Shown: piece after piece, positions 39,469 through 47,705 of the stretch
Layout of the letters: every line of letters starts with the position of its first letter
Numbering within the stretch: position 1 is the first letter of the stretch
NCBI GenBank assembly: GCA_038882955.1
Contig: JAVZNC010000001.1
Location: 288,001 to 352,000 of the forward strand
Reading direction: 5' to 3'
DNA: 64,000 nucleotides
Source: Candidatus Bathyarchaeia archaeon
GTDB taxonomy: Archaea; Thermoproteota; Bathyarchaeia; Bathyarchaeales; Bathycorpusculaceae
Notes under the pieces: model-generated
What the model saw: only the letters and a program-made list of their open reading frames with translations
Told to the model about the DNA's origin: nothing
The model's database searches: none
Position numbers and translations under genes: made by a program

Positions 39469-40671
39469 TCACTCCATCTCTATTGTTGCTGGAGGCTTCG
39501 GCGTAACATCATAATAGACAGCAGCCACGTTGGAGCATTCCCTTAAGACATCTTCCGCAGCTTTATCAAGCGTAGCCCACGGGATTTCCGAAACTTCAGC
39601 AGTTAAGAAATCTCTTGTCTGGACAGCTCTTATGCCAATCACATAAGGCTTTTTCGCTAGCGAATCCTTAACAGCGTAGAAGACTCTTGCAATCTTCGGG
39701 TTTTCTGTAATTAGCCTCTTCTGAAGCGCAACCATGTTCTGAATTGTTGTCTGGTGAACCCGACCATTCATTGTTTGAACTGTTATGCCAACAATTTCGC
39801 CGTAACGCCGCTTTCCGCTTTCCACTCCAGTAGCCTTGTCCCTGAAAATTTTCACCGTAACATTTCTTGATGGAACATTAAGGAAACGCGCTGCAGTTTC
39901 TTGTATGTGAAGTGTTCCAGAGGGCGTTTCGGACACTTCATTGTCGATTATAACGGCGAAATATTGGCTTGGATTATGCGCTGCAAGTTCACGCTCAACG
40001 ATGGCTGTTGCTTTCTTCAAAGTTTCAAGTTTGTCTGGACGAATTTCGCCCACAACACGAACCGACAAACCTGGACCTGGAAACGGTTGGCGCTCAGAAA
40101 TTTCTGGCGGCAGCCCAAGATGCTTCGCAACCAAGCGGACTTGCCACTTATAAAGGTTTAATAGTGGCTCGACAACTTTGAAGCCGTATTTTTCCATGGG
40201 ATTTATCCCCATCTGCTCCAGAACGTTGTGTTGCGTTTTCACGCCGCCAACTGTTTCGATTATGTCTGCGCGTATTGTGCCTTGCACAAGGATGCTGCAG
40301 TTTTCGCTTTTTGCTGTTTCGTCTAGAACTTGGTAGAATGTTTCGCGGAACATTTTGCGTTTTTCCTCGGCGTCCCTTAAGCCTTTCATGGCGTTTAAGA
40401 AGCGTTCACGCACATTGACAACTTTTGTTGGAACCTTTAATGGCGGTTTGAAGAGCATTTCAGCTACACGTTCTGGTTCTCCTTCCCGCATGAATGCGTC
40501 ATCGAGCATTACGCATACGAGGTTTTCGCCTATTGCTCTATGCGTCAAAACAGCGCATGTTGTGCTGTCAACGCCTCCGGAAACAGCCACTAAAGCCTTC
40601 TCTTTTCCAACAGCTTTTTTTATCTCTGCAGTTTGTGTTTCAACAAATTTTTCAGGGTTAAAGCTTTCCAT
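39469..40671 (-). CDS. guaAB: GMP synthase, ATP pyrophosphatase subunit B (long form)
   Basis: SGGVDST, LVQGTI, KTQHNV, RQPFPGPGL, YDVTPKPPATIE. Confidence 0.93.
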   Translation of the reverse strand: MESFNPEKFVETQTAEIKKAVGKEKALVAVSGGVDSTTCAVLTHRAIGENLVCVMLDDAFMREGEPERVAEMLFKPPLKVPTKVVNVRERFLNAMKGLRDAEEKRKMFRETFYQVLDETAKSENCSILVQGTIRADIIETVGGVKTQHNVLEQMGINPMEKYGFKVVEPLLNLYKWQVRLVAKHLGLPPEISERQPFPGPGLSVRVVGEIRPDKLETLKKATAIVERELAAHNPSQYFAVIIDNEVSETPSGTLHIQETAARFLNVPSRNVTVKIFRDKATGVESGKRRYGEIVGITVQTMNGRVHQTTIQNMVALQKRLITENPKIARVFYAVKDSLAKKPYVIGIRAVQTRDFLTAEVSEIPWATLDKAAEDVLRECSNVAAVYYDVTPKPPATIEME

Positions 40672-41048
40672 AATTCTTCGCTCCAGCAGTCTTGATGACT
40701 AGCTGATTTATCACATTGTGGCTTATGTATTTACCGCCTTCAGGCACCCTTAATAGGTTAGAAGACAAAATGAAACTGTATTGTTCGTCTGGCAAACGGC
40801 AAACCACCGCGTTCTACAACGGTTTATTTAGCCTCTAGAAATAATATTTTCGGTTGCTTTCAAGTATGTGCTTCACAATTTTCACTCTTTAATCACTAAA
40901 AATCTATGAGAGAGTCACCGAGTTTGAAACATACTTTTAAAAAAGTCTTTTCCTTAGGACTAAAATCTGCGCAGAAGTTCCTTTTCTTAGCTGTTAAAGC
41001 TTTTCTACTCTTTTGTTTTCTAGTTTAGTAGTTTGGGAGGTCCTCCAT

Positions 41049-41396
41049 TTGAAATTGGATGAGGCGAAAACCGTAGCTAACGCGGTAAACGAGTTGACTG
41101 AAAGCTATGCTGACCTTCTTCAATCTCTAAATGGGACTGTAAATACTGTTAAGGCTTCCAAAAAGTTATGGAATAATGGAAGCAAACCATGGCTCATTAA
41201 GCTCGGCGTAGCCCTAGTGGTTTTTCCAGAGCCCGTTGTAAGCGATATTCTCGGCAGCTTGTTAATAGCGGTTGGTACTGTTCAAGAGGGGATTCGCCGT
41301 CGCGCCATCCACGTGGAGGATATACCGAAAACTTTCAAAAATATCATGAAAGAAATTCAAATAACAGAAGAGCGTGTAGTTGAAAAAACTGTTTAA
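41049..41396 (+). CDS. Hypothetical protein with a hydrophobic hairpin
   Basis: LIKLGVALVVFPEPVVSDILGSLLIAVG; start uncertain. Confidence 0.6.
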   Translation: MKLDEAKTVANAVNELTESYADLLQSLNGTVNTVKASKKLWNNGSKPWLIKLGVALVVFPEPVVSDILGSLLIAVGTVQEGIRRRAIHVEDIPKTFKNIMKEIQITEERVVEKTV

Positions 41397-41443
41397 ATTT
41401 ATATTTGTCACATGTTATAAACATAATATGTTTGGGGAGAGAA

Positions 41444-41596
41444 ATGAAAATCGTAACCGTATTATTACCAGAAGCTTATTTGGAAGGTTTGGATGAGCTT
41501 GTTAGGGCGAACATGTATCCAAGTAGGAGTTCAGCCATAAGGTCTGCTGTTAGGGATTTGCTGAAGAAGGAGCTTTGGGAGAGACGCGGGAGATAG
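41444..41596 (+). CDS. Ribbon-helix-helix regulator (CdrS/CopG-like)
   Basis: MKIVTVLLPEAYLEGLDELV...YPSRSSAIRSAVRDLL. Confidence 0.85.
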   Translation: MKIVTVLLPEAYLEGLDELVRANMYPSRSSAIRSAVRDLLKKELWERRGR

Positions 41597-41602
41597 TTCG
41601 CA

Positions 41603-42367
41603 TTAAATGCTTGCCAAGTCTCTAATGGCTTTAGCGGTTTCAGTTGGGTTCGACGCTTGGGCTATGGCTCGTCCGACAATGAGGTAACGTGCGCCAGCCT
41701 CTAACGCAGTTTTTATTTCTCCTCCTTGGGCGCCTATTCCAGGCGAGTATATGGGAACTTTTTCGCCGAGTATTTGGCGTATTTCTTTTATCTTTTCTGG
41801 GTAAGTTGCGCCTACGACTACGCCGTCCGCGCTCCACGAGAGAGCTTTGTTTGCGAACAGAATATATTGTAGAGCTTTCTTGCCAGTTTCTGGGTCTATG
41901 ACTGTTTGTCCGTAGCCCTCGCTTGCGCCTTTGTGGCTCATGTAAGCCAGCAAGATTACGCCGCGTCCAAGCCTTTGCGCCACATCAAAAATTGGTTTCA
42001 TGCCTTCTTCCCATCCAATGAAGGGGTTGGCGATTAAGGCGTCAAAGCCGGCAGCATAATAGTATTCGGCGATTACCTGGTTTGTTGAACCTATGTCATT
42101 AGCCTTACAGTCCATTATTGCTGCAAGTCCTAGACTGTGGGTTTTATCAACAAGCTTTTTGACGCCGTTGAACAAGCCTAAGGGGAGAACGAGGTGATGG
42201 TTGATTTTTACGGCGCAAATGTATGGATGAACGGCTTCGAGTACGCTTTCTGCCTTGCGGAAAAGCTTTTCGCGGTTTTCTGGCTTTTCGAAGGGAAAGT
42301 CTAAAGCCAAAACAATGTTCGACCCTTTTGCTTGAGCCGTTTTTTCCATTTTAGCGCGGAAGCTCAT
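41603..42367 (-). CDS. pyrF: Orotidine-5'-phosphate decarboxylase
   Basis: LALD, DCKANDIGST (DxKxxDIxxT), VVGAT, PGIGAQGG, IVGRAI. Confidence 0.94.
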   Translation of the reverse strand: MSFRAKMEKTAQAKGSNIVLALDFPFEKPENREKLFRKAESVLEAVHPYICAVKINHHLVLPLGLFNGVKKLVDKTHSLGLAAIMDCKANDIGSTNQVIAEYYYAAGFDALIANPFIGWEEGMKPIFDVAQRLGRGVILLAYMSHKGASEGYGQTVIDPETGKKALQYILFANKALSWSADGVVVGATYPEKIKEIRQILGEKVPIYSPGIGAQGGEIKTALEAGARYLIVGRAIAQASNPTETAKAIRDLASI

Positions 42368-42384
42368 GTCCAGAACACCAAAGT

Positions 42385-43080
42385 CTATTTGATTGTGGCG
42401 CTAAAAACTTTTATTGCCTCTATTTCTCCGCCAGCCACCTGCCTAATATAGGATAATGTTGTTTCTGCGGCGCTTCTAAGTTGCTCCATGTTTATTTCTG
42501 GGGCGCCATAAGCCACTATGAGCACGTTTCGCGTTTGCGCTGTAATTTTTGTGTTGTCGCAGTCGCGGTATGGGTAAATGCACAAAACCTGTCTTTCATC
42601 AGCCAAGACGAGCATTTTTTCGGTTAGGTTTATGGGCTTTGCCATGCCTATGCCCGTGAAGGTTTCGCCGTTCTTTGCAAAGCGCACATGAAATGGCGGT
42701 GTTAGGCGGTCTCTGTCGAAGCCGCTTATTGGGATTATTGTTTGCATGGAAGCCAAATTGTAGGCGTCTACCACAGTGGATATGCGTGGAAGCTCATCGC
42801 CATGAAGGACTCTGCGTAGCAGGGCTTCGCCGGAGGGTCTCGTTTTTGTTGGGTCTATGTCGAGTTTCCAGTAGAAGTCTCTGTAGGCGCGCACTGTCGG
42901 ATTGTCCTTAAGCGTTTCAATGTTGTATTTGCTTCTGGCATCCTCGTAAACGGCTTTCCTAAGTATTTGAATCTGCTCGTTATCTCTTTCTGGACACACA
43001 TTGTTTATTGTGCCGATGCAGATAGCGAGTTCGGGGAACTTTGCCACAACTTGTGATTCCCATTTAACTTCAATCTGCAT
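42385..43080 (-). CDS. Stand-alone B3/B4 (PheRS-beta editing-like) domain protein
   Basis: DPTKTRPSGEALLRR, VVDAYNLAS, YPYRD. Confidence 0.88.
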   Translation of the reverse strand: MQIEVKWESQVVAKFPELAICIGTINNVCPERDNEQIQILRKAVYEDARSKYNIETLKDNPTVRAYRDFYWKLDIDPTKTRPSGEALLRRVLHGDELPRISTVVDAYNLASMQTIIPISGFDRDRLTPPFHVRFAKNGETFTGIGMAKPINLTEKMLVLADERQVLCIYPYRDCDNTKITAQTRNVLIVAYGAPEINMEQLRSAAETTLSYIRQVAGGEIEAIKVFSATIK

Positions 43081-43180
43081 TCGCGTTTTGCCCCCTTTTT
43101 CTGATTTATGTTTGCGTTAGATATTTAACAGCTATAGACGAATTTCTTATGCAAGTTAAAGGAGATAACTGTGTGAGATT

Positions 43181-44074
43181 ATGCTCGGCGAACTTGCAGC
43201 TCTAGGCGCGGCTTTAAGCTGGACTGTTTCGGCAGTAATGTATAAAGAAGCGTTGGAAAAGACAAAGCCTATATCAGCAAACATTGTGCGCCTAGCATCC
43301 ACAAGCACCATACTAATCGGCTTCGTGTTCATTGCTGGCAAGTTCTGGGTTTTAATGGACTTGCCCTTCAAGGTAGTCGTCATGGCGTGTATAAGCGGAA
43401 TAATAGGGCTTGGTTTTGGAGATACGCTTTACATGAAAAGCCTAAAGCTTGTGGGTGTTGCACGCGCCGTCCCAATAACATGCACCTATCCGCTTTTCAA
43501 CCTCTTATGGGCAACATTCTTGGCGAACGAAAACATAACTATGCCAATAGTTCTAGGCGCACTTGCCATAGTTTTTGGGATATGGCTCCTAAGCCAAAAA
43601 GGAAAAGAAGGCGTTGAAATTTTAGAAAAGAGAACGCTAGTCATCGGTGTTGTTTCTGCACTTTTAACAGCGATAATGTGGTCAATAAGCATAACAATGA
43701 TTAATTTGGCTGTTAAGGGGACCCCAGACTTGGAACATGCCCTAGCAATCAACACCATTAGAACAACGGCAATTGCAGCCTCGCTTCTGGCTTTGGCGCC
43801 GATAATTGACAGAGAACATGGCTTTCTAAAGATGCAAAAGAAAACATTCGCAGCGCTTGCCTTTGGCGGACTAGTAGCTCTTGGGCTGGGATGGTTCTTC
43901 CTAACGTATAGTTTTACGCAGACAACAGAAGCGCAAGCTGTGCCAATCTCTTCAACAACGCCGTTATTTTCAACATTGTCAGCGATAATCTTTTTACATG
44001 AGAAGGTAACAATAAGGGATGTTGCTGGGTCAATTATCATTGTGGCTGGAATCTTCTTAATATTCATGGCGTGA
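43181..44074 (+). CDS. DMT/EamA-family transporter
   Basis: Two EamA repeats, about 10 TM. Confidence 0.88.
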   Translation: MLGELAALGAALSWTVSAVMYKEALEKTKPISANIVRLASTSTILIGFVFIAGKFWVLMDLPFKVVVMACISGIIGLGFGDTLYMKSLKLVGVARAVPITCTYPLFNLLWATFLANENITMPIVLGALAIVFGIWLLSQKGKEGVEILEKRTLVIGVVSALLTAIMWSISITMINLAVKGTPDLEHALAINTIRTTAIAASLLALAPIIDREHGFLKMQKKTFAALAFGGLVALGLGWFFLTYSFTQTTEAQAVPISSTTPLFSTLSAIIFLHEKVTIRDVAGSIIIVAGIFLIFMA

Positions 44075-44150
44075 AAAGGAAGGTTTAATCCTACGTTTGC
44101 TTAGAACCAAAAATTTTATATGTGAAAAAAGTGGATTGCTGGTGTGGGTC

Positions 44151-45197
44151 TTGGAGACCCATCCAAATGAGATTGAAAAAATTCTAGGGAAACAAAAAGC
44201 ACTTGACATCTCCATTCTGAAAAACACAACAAACAGACACAAGCTACTGCCTACGCCAGAAATGCACGCAGTCGTAAAAATAGAGTCAAGTCTACTAAAA
44301 GGAGCTAGGCGATATCTTGAAGAAAACAACTTCACAGAAGTAATAGTCCCACACATCACAAAGGCGACAGGCGCATGCGAAAACATAGCAACAATGTTTG
44401 AATTGGACTATTTTGGACAAAAAGCGTACCTAAGCCAAACTGGACAGCTTTACCTAGAAGTTTTAACACCGTTTCTTGGAAAAGTTTGGTGCATAATACA
44501 GAGCTTTAGGGCAGAACCGCTGGCTGACGAACGCCACTTAGCCGAGTTCACTCTAATTGAACTGGAGTTCGCTGGCAACTTCGAAGAACTGTTAAGGCAC
44601 ATAGAAGGAGCAATCTGCTCCATGATAAACTGTGCATTAAACGAAAGAGAACGCGAACTGCAACTGCTAAACGTTGACATTGAAAGGCTCAAACGAATTA
44701 AGAGACCATTCCAAAGGATAACATACACAGAAGCAGTTGGACTACTAGCCGAGTACGGCGTCCAATGGGGCGACGACCTAAAAAGCCACCATGAAAAAAT
44801 GCTTGTCCAAATGCATGGAAACCAACCGCTTTTTGTGACGCATTTCCCAAAAGCCATAAAATTCTTCAACATGCGAGAAAATGACGAAAACCCAGCAATA
44901 GTCAACAGCGCAGACTTGCTATTGCCAATGAGCGGAGAAGCTGTTGGCGCAGCGGAACGCGAATACAGATATGAGAAGCTCTATGAACGCCTAATAAACT
45001 CCATGATGTTCAAGCAGCTTGTCGCAAGGGGCGGAAGCATAGAAGACTTCAGATGGTTCCTAGAATTCTACAGGGAACCGCGACCTCTGCACTCTGGATG
45101 CGGCGTAGGACTAAACAGAGTAACACAATTCGTCCTAGGAACAAACGACATAAGGGCAACAACAGCCTTTCCACTAAACAAAGAGTCAATACTATAA
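44151..45197 (+). CDS. AsnRS-like protein lacking the anticodon domain (archaeal asparagine synthetase A type)
   Basis: YLSQTGQLYLE, SFRAE, RHLAEF, HSGCGVGLNR; no N-terminal OB fold. Confidence 0.8.
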   Translation: METHPNEIEKILGKQKALDISILKNTTNRHKLLPTPEMHAVVKIESSLLKGARRYLEENNFTEVIVPHITKATGACENIATMFELDYFGQKAYLSQTGQLYLEVLTPFLGKVWCIIQSFRAEPLADERHLAEFTLIELEFAGNFEELLRHIEGAICSMINCALNERERELQLLNVDIERLKRIKRPFQRITYTEAVGLLAEYGVQWGDDLKSHHEKMLVQMHGNQPLFVTHFPKAIKFFNMRENDENPAIVNSADLLLPMSGEAVGAAEREYRYEKLYERLINSMMFKQLVARGGSIEDFRWFLEFYREPRPLHSGCGVGLNRVTQFVLGTNDIRATTAFPLNKESIL

Positions 45198-45295
45198 CAC
45201 ATCCCCTTTTTCTCTTTTTCAAACACGCCCAAGCCTATGTGGAAAGCGGTACAGTTTTATACTTGCATGTTTTAGGGAGAGTCTTGGCGGAATGC

Positions 45296-46063
45296 ATGTC
45301 AGTGTCTCCAAGTGTTCGCGAGGTTCTTGCTAGGCGCATTGCAGGCGAAATAATCCTCTCAGGTAAACCTGGCGCAACAATGCGAAAGTGGCGTGAGCTT
45401 TTCGCTGTTTCGCAGACAACCCTCTCGGACAAGATGGTTATTTCCTCTTCTGTCATTAGTGATTATGAGAGTGGTAGGCGTCAGAGTCCTGGGACGCGGT
45501 TTATTAGGCGTTTTGTTTGGGCTTTGTTGAAGATTGATGAGGAGCGTGGTGGACGTTTTATTCGCGAGTTCGCAAAGCTTACGAGTTCGCCAAGCGTGGC
45601 GGTTATTGATTTGCGCGAGTTCCCCATTCCAGTACGCGTCGAGTATTTGTGCAAAGCCATTAAGGGCGAGGTTGTCGCTTGCTCAAGCCTTTTTGTTAAG
45701 GAGGTTAATGGTTACACCGTTGTTGATGGGCGAAAAGCGGTTGAGACGCTTTCTGGTTTTGAGTATTCGCAGCTTTTGGGCGTGACGACGGAGCGGGCTT
45801 TGGTTTTCACGAATATTGGCGGTGAGTGTTCGCCTATGATGATTGTGCGTTTGAGCAGCCTAAAACCGCGTGTGGTTGTTTTTCACGGCGTTAAACCTGA
45901 CGATTATTCTGTTAGGCTTGCGGAGTACGACCGCATTCCGCTTGTCTATTCGGGTTTGCCTACTGTTGAGCAGCTTGTTAAGTCTCTTCGTAAGCTTTAT
46001 CGCATTGCGCTGCGGAGAAAGTTGGGTAGACCTATTCGCGCTCCGCCTAAAATTAGTGTTTAA
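45296..46063 (+). CDS. Archaeal XRE-HTH transcriptional regulator (COG1709-like)
   Basis: IAGEIILS..PGATMRKWRELF, SVISDYESGRR, TTERALVFT. Confidence 0.85.
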   Translation: MSVSPSVREVLARRIAGEIILSGKPGATMRKWRELFAVSQTTLSDKMVISSSVISDYESGRRQSPGTRFIRRFVWALLKIDEERGGRFIREFAKLTSSPSVAVIDLREFPIPVRVEYLCKAIKGEVVACSSLFVKEVNGYTVVDGRKAVETLSGFEYSQLLGVTTERALVFTNIGGECSPMMIVRLSSLKPRVVVFHGVKPDDYSVRLAEYDRIPLVYSGLPTVEQLVKSLRKLYRIALRRKLGRPIRAPPKISV

Positions 46064-46084
46064 CGTTTAAAGTGTGAAACGCGT

Positions 46085-46987
46085 ATGATTAAGGTTGGAT
46101 GCTGCGGTTTCGCGGCTAGCATGAAAAAATATTTTGAAGCGTTTGGACTTGTCGAGTTGAACCGCACTTTTTACGAGTATCCGCGTTTGGAAACGGTTAG
46201 TGGCTGGCGTGAAAAAGCGCCTATGGCGTTTGAGTTTACGGTTAAGGCGCATCAGGATATTACGCACAAGGCGAGAATGCGCTTGGACGATGAGTGCCTT
46301 AAAGCGTTTGAGCGGATGGAGCAGATATGCAAGGTTTTGGGGGCTAATGTGCTTTTGTTTCAGACGCCTGGCTCTTTTCGCCCAGAAAAGCTTGATGATG
46401 CGGAGAAATTCTTTAGGAGCGTTGACCGTGAAGGTTTGGTTCTTGTTTGGGAGACGCGTGGTTCTGAGTGGGATAAGCCTGAAGTCCGCGATGAGCTTGG
46501 TAGGGTTTTAAGCGGTTTGGATGTTGTGCATGTTACTGACCCGTTTCGTGTTTTGCCGGTTTACGCTGGTAGCTTAGCCTATTTTAGGTTGCATGGTTTG
46601 GGCGAGGAGCTTTATTATTATCAGTACACGGATGAGGAGTTGCGGCGTCTTGGCGAGGTGGTTAGGAAGTTTGAGGCTGGCGGGAGGACGGTTTATGTGC
46701 TTTTTAATAATCTTTCTATGTTTGAGGATGGGTTGCGTTTTGTGCAGTATCTTTCTAGTGGGAGGTTCCCGAGGGTTACGGGTTTTGTGGGTTTGGAGTC
46801 CGTTAGAAGCGTGGTTGAGAAGGCGCGTTTTCCAGTGTCGAAAAGTGTGCTTGTTAGGCGTGTTGGTTGGAGGCTTGTGGAAGTTGAGGAGGGTAGGCAG
46901 GTTAGGCTTTCGGAGCTTTTGGATTGTTTGCCGTCTAGGGCGTTTAGGAGTGTGGAAGAGGTTTTGGAGGGTTTGAGGGGGTGTTAA
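46085..46987 (+). CDS. DUF72-family protein
   Basis: IKVGCCGF, VELNRTFY, FTVKAHQDITH, YFRLHG, YVLFNN. Confidence 0.9.
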   Translation: MIKVGCCGFAASMKKYFEAFGLVELNRTFYEYPRLETVSGWREKAPMAFEFTVKAHQDITHKARMRLDDECLKAFERMEQICKVLGANVLLFQTPGSFRPEKLDDAEKFFRSVDREGLVLVWETRGSEWDKPEVRDELGRVLSGLDVVHVTDPFRVLPVYAGSLAYFRLHGLGEELYYYQYTDEELRRLGEVVRKFEAGGRTVYVLFNNLSMFEDGLRFVQYLSSGRFPRVTGFVGLESVRSVVEKARFPVSKSVLVRRVGWRLVEVEEGRQVRLSELLDCLPSRAFRSVEEVLEGLRGC

Positions 46988-46991
46988 GGGT

Positions 46992-47594
46992 TTATGTTGA
47001 GCTGGTTAGGTTTAGTTCGTGGATTTTTGCTTTGAGGGTTTGGAAGTCTTGGGTGAGTTGCTGTTTGTATTTTGGGTTGTAGAGGGCGGCGGCTGGGTGC
47101 AAAGTTGGAAAGACTGTTATGTTTATGCCTAGAATTGTTGTTTGGTGGGGTTTGCCGCGGGCTTTTGTTATGCCTTTGAATGGTATTCCAGCTTTTGTGA
47201 GGATGTAGGCGGTTGAGTGGTTTCCTAGGGTTACGATTAGTTTTGGTTTTATGGCGGTTATCTGCCTATCCAGGTACGGTGTGCAGGTTTGGATTTCGGC
47301 GGGGGTGGGTTCGCGGTTGCGTGGCGGGCGACATTTTACGACGTTTCCAATGAAAACTTGGGTTCTTGGAATTTCAGCCTCGGCTAGTAGCGTGTCTAAA
47401 AGTTTTCCGGCGGCGCCGACGAAGGGCTTGCCTTTGACGTCTTCCCAGTAGCCAGGAGCTTCGCCGATGAACATGATTTTCGCGTTTGGGTTGCCCTCGC
47501 CTGGAACAGCGTTCTTTCGCGCCTTGTGCAGCGGACATTTTACGCAATGTATAACTTCAGCGGCTACGAGCGCCAATTCACTCTGTTCTTGCAT
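46992..47594 (-). CDS. udg: Uracil-DNA glycosylase, family 4 (Fe-S)
   Basis: CVKCPL, IGEAPG, PFVGAAG, NVVKCRPP, HPAAALY. Confidence 0.93.
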   Translation of the reverse strand: MQEQSELALVAAEVIHCVKCPLHKARKNAVPGEGNPNAKIMFIGEAPGYWEDVKGKPFVGAAGKLLDTLLAEAEIPRTQVFIGNVVKCRPPRNREPTPAEIQTCTPYLDRQITAIKPKLIVTLGNHSTAYILTKAGIPFKGITKARGKPHQTTILGINITVFPTLHPAAALYNPKYKQQLTQDFQTLKAKIHELNLTSST

Positions 47595-47705
47595 GGTTTT
47601 TGCCTTTCGCACATCTTATGTTTTGAATGCTTTTATTAACGAACAATGCAGATTTAAATTTGGTTGAAGGAAATTAAGAATTATTTGGGATAAGGTGAGT
47701 AGGGA

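Noticed and set aside
40672-41048. ncRNA or riboswitch in the long intergenic region upstream of guaAB
   Set aside because: Only an 8-nt inverted match (AAGTATGT/ACATACTT) was seen; no recognisable tRNA, C/D box or purine riboswitch pattern.
44151-45197. Truncated asparaginyl-tRNA synthetase pseudogene
   Set aside because: The ORF is intact; AsnRS paralogs lacking the anticodon domain are a known archaeal asparagine synthetase type.
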